From NCBI GenBank assembly GCA_964508365.1, contig CAZDTP010000044.1, forward strand, positions 1 through 25,633: a stretch of DNA of 25,633 nucleotides, written 5' to 3'. Numbering within the stretch: the first letter of the stretch is position 1; each line of letters opens with the position of its first letter. This DNA is from an uncultured archaeon. GTDB lineage: Archaea; Asgardarchaeota; Lokiarchaeia; Sigyniarchaeales; SOKP01. A program made the translations under genes and the position numbers. Positions 7,936 through 16,711 of this stretch are shown piece by piece. The notes under the pieces were generated by a model, which was not told the DNA's origin, did not search any database, and saw only the letters and a list, made by a program, of their open reading frames with translations.

Positions 7936-9084
7936 ATGAATATTATAAACTCATTTATTAATTTTGAGCTTAAACTAAAACAATACAAATTGCAATTCAT
8001 ATTTCTTTTCCTATTTTGGTTTGCAGGGTTTCTTTTCTTTCTTATTACAGAATCAGGCTCGAGCTTTGGCGAATTAGTTTTATATTCCTTAACTGTACGT
8101 TCCCCCTTGAATGCAGGAGATTTTGCTAATTTTTATTCTCTAATCTTGCCAATTCTATTGGAAGTGATCGTGTTTGGGTTTATTATGGGAGAACTATTAG
8201 AAAAATATAATCCCCTCATTACAAGTAGAATTCTCGCAAAACATAAACGCAATCATACAGTAATTATTGGACACCATCATTTATCAGAGAGAATTATAGA
8301 ATTTTGTATCGTTAATAAGGAACCGTATTGTATAATCGAGGATAATGAAGAATTAGTAGAAGATTTAATCAATTCGGGTTATCCCGTGGTAGTTGGGGAC
8401 CCTACAGAGACAACCAACCTTGCGTTTGCTAGTGTAAAGCGAGCAAAAGAAGTCTTCATTTGTGTTGATGATGCAAGAATAGCGATCATTTGTACTGAAA
8501 AAATTCGCAAAGTCAACCAGGAATGCCCAATTTTTGTGCGTGCGTTTGAGGATCATGTGCAAGAGTATCTCAAACAACCTCCGTTAAACGCAATTCCTTT
8601 TTCCACCTCAAAATGGGCAATGGATGGTATCCGAGAGTGGATCAAAGAAAAAAAAGGTAAAGCTATCGTAATCGGACGAGATAGTTTGACTCATCGAATT
8701 GCTTATGATATCTCTTTACAACCCGATCGGGAAGTGTTCCTTTTTGATGATGAGCACGATGGCATCGAGTTTAAAGTAAACGATCAATTACATATCATAA
8801 ATGAGTTCGCATGTTTTTTAAGTGATTTGAAAGCTCATGTAAAATTGGAGGAAGTCACTCAAGCATTTATTTGCTGGAAACGAGATTCGGAGTTTGATGA
8901 ATCGCTTTATCTGACATCCAAACTAAATTTACGCTATCCTAATATAGAAATTTTTGTAAGGATTTTTGACGAAGAACTCATAGATTTGGTTGAAAAATAC
9001 AATGCAAAAACCTTTTCGACTTCCTCTAATGCTTTCAAGATGCTTCAGAAACAAGTGTCCTCATATTCTGCAATTGCTCCTTAA
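7936..9084 (+). CDS. 2-TM channel-like protein with two RCK/TrkA-N domains
   Basis: TM-pore helix-TM N-terminus; HTVIIG..., VVVGDPTETTNLAFASVKRAKEVFI (TrkA-N), second KAIVIGRD domain, IFVRIFD. Confidence 0.8.
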   Translation: MNIINSFINFELKLKQYKLQFIFLFLFWFAGFLFFLITESGSSFGELVLYSLTVRSPLNAGDFANFYSLILPILLEVIVFGFIMGELLEKYNPLITSRILAKHKRNHTVIIGHHHLSERIIEFCIVNKEPYCIIEDNEELVEDLINSGYPVVVGDPTETTNLAFASVKRAKEVFICVDDARIAIICTEKIRKVNQECPIFVRAFEDHVQEYLKQPPLNAIPFSTSKWAMDGIREWIKEKKGKAIVIGRDSLTHRIAYDISLQPDREVFLFDDEHDGIEFKVNDQLHIINEFACFLSDLKAHVKLEEVTQAFICWKRDSEFDESLYLTSKLNLRYPNIEIFVRIFDEELIDLVEKYNAKTFSTSSNAFKMLQKQVSSYSAIAP

Positions 9085-9107
9085 CTCGATGAGTGAACTT
9101 CAGAATC

Positions 9108-9128
9108 TTTTTTTTTCCCTTTTTTTTT
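9108..9128 (+). terminator. Oligo-T terminator candidate
   Basis: T9-CCC-T9 shortly after the 9084 stop. Confidence 0.5.
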
Positions 9129-9246
9129 CGTTTAAAAATAAGACTTCGATTTATTAGATATCGGTAAAAAATTGATAACTTTTACATTATTTGAAAGTCT
9201 ATCAAATATTAGGATAATTGTCAAAAATGAATTGAGGATATAAATT

Positions 9247-10083
9247 ATGAGTATGGAAGGGAAGATATGCATAATAACCGGCGCGAACTCCGGCATTGGT
9301 AAGGCTACAGCTATTGGTTTAGCAAAAATGAATGCTACAATTATAATGCTGTGTCGTAATAGAGCGCGTGGAGAAGAAGCGCAAAGGGTAATAATTGATC
9401 TTACCGGAAATAATAATGTGGATTTGCTTATATGCGATTTGTCATCTCAGAAAGAAATTCGCGATTTTGTATCGGAATTCAAAAGTAAATATCAAAATCT
9501 CCATGTTCTGATAAATAACGCTGGAGTTATGTTATCAAAAAAACTTCTATCTGAAGATGGGTTTGAAATGAATTTTGCCGTTAACCATCTTGCACCTTTT
9601 CTGCTGACTAATTTGTTACTCGATATATTGAAAAAATCAGCACCAAGTCGCATCATCAATGTAGGTTCAGCAGCACATAGAATGGGGAAGATAGATTTTG
9701 AGGATCTAGAAAAAAAAAACAAGAAAGGACGTTTTTTCAGATTGTACGGATCTTCAAAATTAGCCTTGACTCTGGTGTCCTATGAGCTCAGTAGAAAATT
9801 GGAAGGTTCTCGTGTAACCGTAAATGTCGTCCATCCTGGGCTTATTAATACTAAATTAGGTCGAGAACGATCTTCAACCAGAAACGGATTCGCAAATAAA
9901 TTCCTTAAAAGCCCAGAAATTGGTGCTGAAACTTCAATTTTCTTAGCCTCTTCACCTGAAGTAGAGGGAATTACGGGAAAATATTTCGCTAAAAAGAAGG
10001 AAAAACCTTCTTCTAAAGAATCTTATAACGAAGAGTATGCTAAACGATTATGGGAAATCAGCACAGAAATGACGAAACTTTAA
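9247..10083 (+). CDS. Short-chain dehydrogenase/reductase (retinol dehydrogenase/WWOX-like subgroup)
   Basis: TGANSGIG cofactor motif, NNAG, VNHLAPFLLT, YGSSK catalytic YxxxK, HPGLINT, LWEIS tail; GAGGA RBS. Confidence 0.92.
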   Translation: MSMEGKICIITGANSGIGKATAIGLAKMNATIIMLCRNRARGEEAQRVIIDLTGNNNVDLLICDLSSQKEIRDFVSEFKSKYQNLHVLINNAGVMLSKKLLSEDGFEMNFAVNHLAPFLLTNLLLDILKKSAPSRIINVGSAAHRMGKIDFEDLEKKNKKGRFFRLYGSSKLALTLVSYELSRKLEGSRVTVNVVHPGLINTKLGRERSSTRNGFANKFLKSPEIGAETSIFLASSPEVEGITGKYFAKKKEKPSSKESYNEEYAKRLWEISTEMTKL

Positions 10084-10406
10084 ATAAATAACCAAGAATT
10101 TCTATAATTTAAAGTTTTCTTACCTTTCTTCTTCTCAGCCTTTATAGCTTTAAAGTAATTAATTTTAATTTCAACTGTTACGCAAAGTTCGTTTTTACCT
10201 AAATCAGTATAAGCTGCTGCCCCCATACCTGTATCTGCCGTCGAGTATAACACCCCTCCATGAACTACTTTGTGAGGATTTAACAATTTATCAACTACCT
10301 CTAAAGTGCATTGAGAATATCCTTTTTCGAGTTTACTAAATTTTAAACCAATTAAATCCCCAAATGGATGGAATCCTTTATGATTCAGAGGAAAATTTTT
10401 AGGCAT
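10080..10406 (-). pseudogene. PaaI-family hotdog thioesterase, C-terminally truncated
   Basis: LLNPHKVVHGGVLYSTADTGMGAAA is the PaaI active-site motif. After VEIKINYFKA the sequence becomes a basic tail (IKAEKKKGKK...) that runs into the convergent SDR stop; the final beta strands are missing. Confidence 0.65.
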
Positions 10407-10473
10407 ATTAAAGTTTATTAGGAGACGATAAAAAAAAAGATTTTTACTTTTGAAAAACGATAATGTTTAAAGA

Positions 10474-10587
10474 ATGACTGAAGTGTTTTACGGAACGCTC
10501 ACTGAAGAAGAAATATATGCGTTTGAAGATTATTTAAGAAGAATATTAGATAACCTAATTAAAGCTAAAGATGTTCGAACAAATTAA
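10474..10587 (+). pseudogene. MarR-family regulator C-terminal helix remnant (37 aa)
   Basis: MTEVFYGTLTEEEIYAFEDYLRRILDNLIKAKDVRTN* resembles MarR C-termini (recalled pattern FYxGFSEEEIxxFExYLxRILxNL); in-frame stop two codons upstream. Confidence 0.55.
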
Positions 10588-10829
10588 AATTCGTATGATT
10601 TTTTTTCTTTTTTTCTTTCTATATTATTATTTTTATAAGTAAAATCCGTCAGAATTTATAGTGATAAGGCTTCTAAGATGATTTAACATAAATCTTGGAT
10701 CGTTGTTCCAGAGAATTTTGGTGCTACTAAAATTTTGGAAATAATGAATTCCAAGAATAAAATTTAATAATTAAAATGAATTAATATTGATTAAAGAAAG
10801 GAAATATTAATCTTGAAAATTAAACGATT

Positions 10830-11834
10830 ATGCCTGTTCAAAATGTAAAAAATCCACATATGGATAGCTTTTCAATTAAGGATATTGTCAACCTTTCTAT
10901 TGTAGATATGGTAATGCTACAATTATTATTAAAACACACAAAACCGGTTGTTAGACATATTTTATATAACGAAATTTCGCAATTTTTAACTATGGAAAAA
11001 AAAAAGGTTGTGAAATCAACTAAATTTAACGATATTCCAGCGGGGGCGAAAAAATTTCAGGATTTTCTCCAAACAAACAAAAAATTTTCAAGTTCAAGCC
11101 TCTACTATAGTTTAGACAATTTGGAAAAGAAAGGATTAGTTAAGTTCAATTACGATAAAAAAGATAAAGTTGAATCAGTTGAAGCAACTCAGTACACCGA
11201 AATTCTTATTAACACAATCCTAAAACATGTTATAAAATTTGGATTAATCGAAGCTGAGCAGAATCAATCTCTACCAGAGATCATAAAAGAAGTAGTTGAA
11301 GAAAAAGTACTCGCGGATTTAGAAGGAAAGAAGTTTGGAACCATGCTTTACATATGGTTTAGTAATTTTATTAATGTCAAATCTATAAACCTTTTTTCTA
11401 AAATAACTAAAAATTTATTTATTTTATCAAATAAAGAGGCTTTTGAAAATGTATCTAAATTGGGACTGGATAACATTCAAAATACTTCTTTATTCAACAA
11501 AACCATCAGAGAATCTGACAATTTTTTTGATGCCGTGATTATACCTTATCACTTCAGAAACACTAATTTTGAGGATGTATCTAAAGAGGTAATTCTGGAA
11601 GATGCATTTAGAATTGTTAAAGAGAATGGAGTTGTAATTATTCACAGCTATACGAAAGTACCTGACATTGATCACGCATTTTTTAATATTTTTACTAAAT
11701 GGGTCAAAAATATTTACACCGATATAGAATTCTATTCCGAAGAAGAGTTTAAGGATGAATTACTTAAAACAGGTGCCAAAGAAGCTGAAGTTTTTGTATA
11801 TAAAGGGCATTTATTCGGAATAGGTCGGAAATAG
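10830..11834 (+). CDS. PadR-like winged-helix protein fused to a degenerate class I methyltransferase-like domain
   Basis: SSSSLYYSLDNLEKKGLVKF is a wHTH recognition helix and wing; IRESDNFFDAVII...ILEDAFRIVKENGVVIIH is a Rossmann-MTase C-terminal motif; no GxGxG motif I. Confidence 0.7.
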   Translation: MPVQNVKNPHMDSFSIKDIVNLSIVDMVMLQLLLKHTKPVVRHILYNEISQFLTMEKKKVVKSTKFNDIPAGAKKFQDFLQTNKKFSSSSLYYSLDNLEKKGLVKFNYDKKDKVESVEATQYTEILINTILKHVIKFGLIEAEQNQSLPEIIKEVVEEKVLADLEGKKFGTMLYIWFSNFINVKSINLFSKITKNLFILSNKEAFENVSKLGLDNIQNTSLFNKTIRESDNFFDAVIIPYHFRNTNFEDVSKEVILEDAFRIVKENGVVIIHSYTKVPDIDHAFFNIFTKWVKNIYTDIEFYSEEEFKDELLKTGAKEAEVFVYKGHLFGIGRK

Positions 11835-11870
11835 GCCCTTTAGATTTCTAAATGATTTGCTAACTTAATT

Positions 11871-12452
11871 TCATACATTCGGGATATACAAACTTAAAAA
11901 GAAAGCCCCCCACCAACAAACTAGGGTTATGTATCCCGTTAATTTAGCAATGTGTCGCTGAGCAGCAATTCCAAATAACATACTTGTGAAGCCCGTTACC
12001 AACCCAAATCCTCCGAATATTATGTGGATTGAGTGAGTTAATCCTGAGTAGTCTAGTATCATCTGAGGAGTTAGAGTAATTAAAAGGATTACATTTATGA
12101 GCGTAAGAATCCAAGAAGATCCCGCAAAATACCCATGAAGTAATACATATTTTTTCTCGTTAAACAAAACTAAGAGTGTTCCCATCGTTAGGAGTAATAA
12201 GGCAGGTAAACCTAAAAATAGTCCAACATGAAAACTGTAACCGAAAGAAAGTTCTATCGTTGCTCTAAAAATGCCATCACACAAAACAAGCAGATGCGTC
12301 GACGCTACAATTAAAATAAATAGCAATACAATGAAAGTTTTCCTCAGTTTCTTATAACTCACTAAAATGAATAAGCTGAGTAATAGTACAATAAGAATTG
12401 CAGTAAATATTAATTCTGTAAGATTACTTATATCCAAAATGGATATTCCCAT
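11871..12452 (-). CDS. 6-TM membrane protein with several His at or within TM helices
   Basis: 193 aa hydrophobic ORF; ASTHLL, SFHVG, LLHGY, LTHSIHII. Confidence 0.75.
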   Translation of the reverse strand: MGISILDISNLTELIFTAILIVLLLSLFILVSYKKLRKTFIVLLFILIVASTHLLVLCDGIFRATIELSFGYSFHVGLFLGLPALLLLTMGTLLVLFNEKKYVLLHGYFAGSSWILTLINVILLITLTPQMILDYSGLTHSIHIIFGGFGLVTGFTSMLFGIAAQRHIAKLTGYITLVCWWGAFFLSLYIPNV

Positions 12453-12616
12453 AAGAATTTTAACCTATATCACTTTATCTTATTTAATATCATATTCACA
12501 AATTTAGAAATTAAAATTCTATTTTTGTGAATACTTTTATATTATTAAATTGTACTAATTTTAAATAAAAAACTTTAAACAAAAAATTAAGTGGAAGATT
12601 AAAAGATTAAACGGAT

Positions 12617-13462
12617 TTGATAACAAAAATGACTGAAGAAACAAAAATTAGATCAAAAAATGGTGGATTTATGGGATTAGTCTCTATCATTTTGGGTGCA
12701 GGAGGTGTATTTCTTTCCTATTTATTTATCCCTCTCTATTTAGGAAAGATTTTGGTTGCCGAAACCGACGCCGCCCGAGAGTGCAGACTTGTAGCTCCCT
12801 TTATGATACCGGCTTTTGCGTGTGTCGGTATTCTGGGAGGGATATTATGGTTAGTAGCGGGTGTGGGCTTTTTCCAGAAAAAGGAGTGGGCTTATTCCGT
12901 CGGTGTAATCGCCGTAGTTATAGCCCTTTTTGCCAGCTTTTGGCCAAATATTCCTGCTATGGAAAGTAAAGCAGCGGTACCAGGTCCTTGGTTTCTGATT
13001 TTTTTCCCTAATTTATTGGTATACTTCTATCTAGTAAAAAGCAGAGGGCAAGAATCTTGGAGTAAAGCATTGCTTGGTTTGGTCGTTGGTATGGCATTCA
13101 TTCTGAATTTCATAAACGGAATTGCGGCAACTACCAGAATGGTAAATAGATTACCTGATTATGGTGAAGCATGGATGTATATGCTCACTATGCCTACGAA
13201 TATGATTGCATCCTTTCTTTTTGGATATACAGCAATAGGGCTTTTCATAGCCAAAAAGAAAGATTTAGTGCGAATTATTGGATTGGCTGGAGTATTCTTA
13301 GCAATTTCGGCGGGTTTTCCTTTAGCCATCTATTCCATGTTCTTTGCAGGTGCGGGGCTTAATTTCTCCATGTTCATCATGGGTCCAGTTGTTAGCCTTT
13401 TGGCAGGGTTGGTAATCCTGTCCTCCAAAATGTGGAATAAAATCATGGGTAATACAGATTAA
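12617..13462 (+). CDS. 8-TM membrane protein, unknown function (start probably ATG at 12629)
   Basis: 281 aa, two 4-TM halves with GFFQKKEWAY / GLFIAKKKDLVR junction motifs. Confidence 0.8.
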   Translation: MITKMTEETKIRSKNGGFMGLVSIILGAGGVFLSYLFIPLYLGKILVAETDAARECRLVAPFMIPAFACVGILGGILWLVAGVGFFQKKEWAYSVGVIAVVIALFASFWPNIPAMESKAAVPGPWFLIFFPNLLVYFYLVKSRGQESWSKALLGLVVGMAFILNFINGIAATTRMVNRLPDYGEAWMYMLTMPTNMIASFLFGYTAIGLFIAKKKDLVRIIGLAGVFLAISAGFPLAIYSMFFAGAGLNFSMFIMGPVVSLLAGLVILSSKMWNKIMGNTD

Positions 13463-13477
13463 GCAAAATTTATTTTA

Positions 13478-13489
13478 TTTTTTTTTTTT
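13478..13489 (+). terminator. Oligo-T terminator candidate
   Basis: T12 run 15 nt after the 13462 stop. Confidence 0.5.
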
Positions 13490-13524
13490 CACTTAGCCTT
13501 CTTAGTTTCTTTTTAATTTAATTT

Positions 13525-13701
13525 TTACGGGATAATCTCCATGACTTTTCTTGCTTCTAATTGTTTATAAGGCTTTTTTTGGAATTGAGATTTACAAAGT
13601 TCGTATATTGCGCTATTATAGGGAGCCGTAATACCTAAATTTTTCGCAAGATTGATGAAATATTCATTTAAATGTTCAAGTTCGGATTGAGTTTCCTGAT
13701 G
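13525..13701 (-). pseudogene. panE: 2-dehydropantoate reductase (PanE/ApbA) C-terminal remnant
   Basis: HQETQSELEHLNEYFINLAKNLGITAPYNSAIYELCKSQFQKKPYKQLEARKVMEIIP* matches ApbA_C (TE[IL]DxLNGxIVxxAxxxGIxxPxN); no start codon, stop immediately upstream. Confidence 0.7.
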
Positions 13702-13808
13702 TTACGTTTTAATCTTTAATAATAATATGTAAAATGTGAGAATTTACTTTTGACTTTAAATTTTTATAAAATTAACTTTTTTAGCGTTGGAACCTTTAAT
13801 TTTATAGG

Positions 13809-14531
13809 ATGAATGGAATACACATTTGGAAAAATGCCGATTGGACCTTACAGGCACGTAATATTATAAAAGCCGTTAGCGAATTCCCTGAAAGTTCTAA
13901 AATAATTCTGCTTCTGCGACATTCCCATCGAAATAATCCTACAGAATCTGAAAAGATGCACGAGTTAAAATTGACGCCTCAAGGTCATCAGATCGCTAAT
14001 ATTTTTGGTCAAAGGTTGCCTACTTCAAGAACAATTAGATTGTATCATAGTGTTGTACATCGTTGTCAAGAGACAGCAGAAGATATTTTAACGGGATTTG
14101 AAGTTGTTGGAGGAAAAGGAACCGTAAAAGGAGCAATAACGCCGCTATTTCATGCGGGAACAGCTCCAAAGTTCTTTTTAAATGTTTTTAAAAATGAATC
14201 TCCCATTGAATTTGTGTACCGTTGGGCTGTTGGGTTCTATTCTCCTGATAAAATAACCCCATTTCAATCATACAGTCAAAATGCGGCAGACATCATCTGG
14301 AAAGGAATCACCAATGCTCAAGAAAGCGGAATAGATATTCACATCACTCACGACATCTTTCTAATCGCGTTAAGATATGGGTGGTTTGGATTGCCTCCTG
14401 ATCAAGATTGGGTTCCTTTCTTGGGTGGTATTGCATTTATTTTAACTGAAAACGAAATAATTGTGTTTGATAAAGATCGATTTCTTTCAATACCTAACCC
14501 TGATTGGTGGAAGAATAAAATTTCAAATTAG
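13809..14531 (+). CDS. Histidine phosphatase (phosphoglycerate mutase-like) family protein
   Basis: LLLRHSHR (RHG variant), LTPQGHQIA, SVVHRCQETA, HITHD. Confidence 0.85.
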   Translation: MNGIHIWKNADWTLQARNIIKAVSEFPESSKIILLLRHSHRNNPTESEKMHELKLTPQGHQIANIFGQRLPTSRTIRLYHSVVHRCQETAEDILTGFEVVGGKGTVKGAITPLFHAGTAPKFFLNVFKNESPIEFVYRWAVGFYSPDKITPFQSYSQNAADIIWKGITNAQESGIDIHITHDIFLIALRYGWFGLPPDQDWVPFLGGIAFILTENEIIVFDKDRFLSIPNPDWWKNKISN

Positions 14532-14537
14532 AATGAT

Positions 14538-14951
14538 TTAAAACTCAAACCTGCACTTAGTGCAAACTTTCTTTTTCATGTAAATTCTTCTTGGGATGTA
14601 AGTAATAATACGAGTTTTATCGTCTACTTCTTTAATGGAAAAACCCGTTGCTCCACAATTCGGACATTTTCTTTTATTTTGTCTGATATTTATATCAGAA
14701 GGAGAATCAGTAGCAACAATATCTTTTGGCACTTTAATTGTCTCGACTTGGGGGCTTTCATATTGAACTGGTTTTGTTTGTTGTTGCAATTTCTGGATTT
14801 GAGCTTTAAGCTGGAAATTTTCATCTTTTAACAGATTTATTTGAATTTCACTTTTATCCAGAAGTGCAAATAATTCTGAAATCTGTGTTTCTAATTGGCT
14901 TAGTTCCTCCTCGTATTCTTGCGGTAAGTTATCTAGATTATTATACATCAT
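14538..14951 (-). CDS. Coiled-coil protein with C-terminal Zn ribbon
   Basis: Heptad-rich LSQLETQISELFALL...LKAQIQKLQQQ; CPNCG...CTKC at the C-terminus. Confidence 0.8.
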   Translation of the reverse strand: MMYNNLDNLPQEYEEELSQLETQISELFALLDKSEIQINLLKDENFQLKAQIQKLQQQTKPVQYESPQVETIKVPKDIVATDSPSDINIRQNKRKCPNCGATGFSIKEVDDKTRIITYIPRRIYMKKKVCTKCRFEF

Positions 14952-15134
14952 TTATTCGTATACCTCGTGCTTTTTACAGAATTGTAATTCTAAAACTAAA
15001 TAAAACTTACGTTAGATTGAAATATATAGTTTATTCATCCATGAAAAAAAATTGTTTATAGACGAGAAATCAAATTATATAATAATGAAGAAAAAATACT
15101 GTTAGAGAATAAAAAGTCTTTAATATCTTACAAT

Positions 15135-16166
15135 TTATGAATAATTGGTTTCATTGCCACAAAAGGGGCAAATTTTAAGACCATATTCCATAAGGTTCTC
15201 ACAAAAGCGACATTTCATTTTTAATCCCTTTCTCGATAAGATATTCGCTCCTATTGATAAGTCTTCGATAAATTCCTTAGCAGTATCCTGATTAATAATC
15301 AAATAATCTCCATCGATTAAGAAGTTAAATTGTTTAGCCCATTGGAAAACCTTTTGAGTGAATAATTTTTCGTCCATCTCTAAAGCAACTCTGATCATGT
15401 CAAGTCTTAAACGATTAGAAACTTCCATCATCGACTTTATTCGTTCTATTTTTTCCTGCTCTTCCTTTTCCAGACGGATTTGCTCAGATGCTTTGTATAA
15501 TTTTGCTTGGTTTAAGAGTTCGTAAACTTTTACTGTTTTTGACTTGTCTTTAGCATACATCCTTAATTGTTTTTTGAGTGCCATCAAAGTATAAGACTTA
15601 CCCTCTTTTGTGTGAATGTTTACTGCTGGTCCGATGTTTGAAGTATAGATTAAAATTTTAAGAATATTCCGAATTGGTATCTGATAAAGTGTTTTTACAG
15701 TAAACGGTTTAAAAGATAAAAAATCTTCGTTTAAAAAAATAATACCCCTTTGAGAATCTGACACCTCCTCTCCATCATTTAAATCGTAATCTCTAAAGCT
15801 GCCAGTTGTTTCAAATAATATCGGACTCTCTTTTTTGAATGTTGATCTCGTCAGCTCCCTAAAAAGATCTTCAGTAGCTTTCTTAGAGGTCGCAAATGAA
15901 CTTTTTTCTTTTTTATGAGGATAAAATGTGTATAATATTCCTAGAACGCTTACTAGTTCAATGGTTGGAAGCTGAAATCTAGTATTTATTGCGAAATTTT
16001 GAATATCGCGAACTCTCAAGTGGAATGTTATTTTATCTTTTTCAGATTTAAACAAAAATTCTTTTTCTGTTAAAGTAATGGTACCTCTGGACTTTCTTGA
16101 GACAAGTGCCATATATGTGGTTTGTCCCGTAGTAAAATTACCAAAGGATTCGAAAAGGATTACCAT
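15135..16166 (-). CDS. Tandem PH/GRAM-like repeats + helical (PCI/wHTH-like) domain + Zn ribbon
   Basis: Repeat 1 SRGTITLTEKEFLFKS..FHLRVRDI; repeat 2 QRGIIFLNEDFLSFKP..YQIPIRNI; ERIKSMMEVSNRLRLDMIRVAL...FLIDGDYLII; CRFC..CPFC. Confidence 0.7.
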   Translation of the reverse strand: MVILFESFGNFTTGQTTYMALVSRKSRGTITLTEKEFLFKSEKDKITFHLRVRDIQNFAINTRFQLPTIELVSVLGILYTFYPHKKEKSSFATSKKATEDLFRELTRSTFKKESPILFETTGSFRDYDLNDGEEVSDSQRGIIFLNEDFLSFKPFTVKTLYQIPIRNILKILIYTSNIGPAVNIHTKEGKSYTLMALKKQLRMYAKDKSKTVKVYELLNQAKLYKASEQIRLEKEEQEKIERIKSMMEVSNRLRLDMIRVALEMDEKLFTQKVFQWAKQFNFLIDGDYLIINQDTAKEFIEDLSIGANILSRKGLKMKCRFCENLMEYGLKICPFCGNETNYS

Positions 16167-16411
16167 TTCACTTTCAATAATAGAAATTTAGTCATATATA
16201 ATTTTACATTATAATTATAATTTTGATTTATTGCTGTTTGACTCTAGCAATCTTTTTTATAGAAAAAATAATAAAAAAAAGGGGAAAAATCAAAACTAAT
16301 AAAAAGTAAAAATCTCCTCTCATAGGCATTTTATGCGTTTCTATTTTTCTGATGTTTCCTTGTATACTTCTTTCTCTTTTTTGCGTTCCAAATTAATTAC
16401 TAAATTAATTT

Positions 16412-16663
16412 TTAATAACGACTTTCTGATCTAAAACTCTGGCGTGGTCCTTTTTCTACAACAGTTAAATTTGTTGCTTGAGGGCCTTTTTGGCCATCAG
16501 TAACTTCAAATTCCACAATATCTCCTTCGTAGATGATTTTAAAATCAGCGTCTTCTCCTTGGATCGCAGAGAAGTGAACGAAAATATCACCAGAACCATC
16601 TTCTCGAGTTATAAATCCATAGCCTTTGCGGCTATCAAACCATTTTACTGTTCCTTTAACCAT
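16412..16663 (-). CDS. cspA: Cold-shock domain protein
   Basis: [17 protein letters not shown] (RNP1), DIFVHFSAI (RNP2), [16 protein letters not shown]. Confidence 0.97.
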   Translation of the reverse strand: MVKGTVKWFDSRKGYGFITREDGSGDIFVHFSAIQGEDADFKIIYEGDIVEFEVTDGQKGPQATNLTVVEKGPRQSFRSESRY

Positions 16664-16685
16664 CGAAAAAACCTTTGAAACATAT

Positions 16686-16711
16686 AGAGTACATTACTAT
16701 ATCTGTACTCT
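16686..16711 (-). promoter_or_regulatory. 8-bp perfect hairpin in the putative csp 5' leader
   Basis: AGAGTACA (16686-16693) and TGTACTCT (16704-16711), 10-nt loop, 23-48 nt upstream of the csp ATG; TATA-like run near 16733-16743. Confidence 0.5.

Noticed and set aside
8365-13362. Short nested ORFs 8365..8577, 9492..9722, 11490..11675, 12781..12969, 13171..13362
   Set aside because: Overlap longer motif-supported CDSs; composition not protein-like
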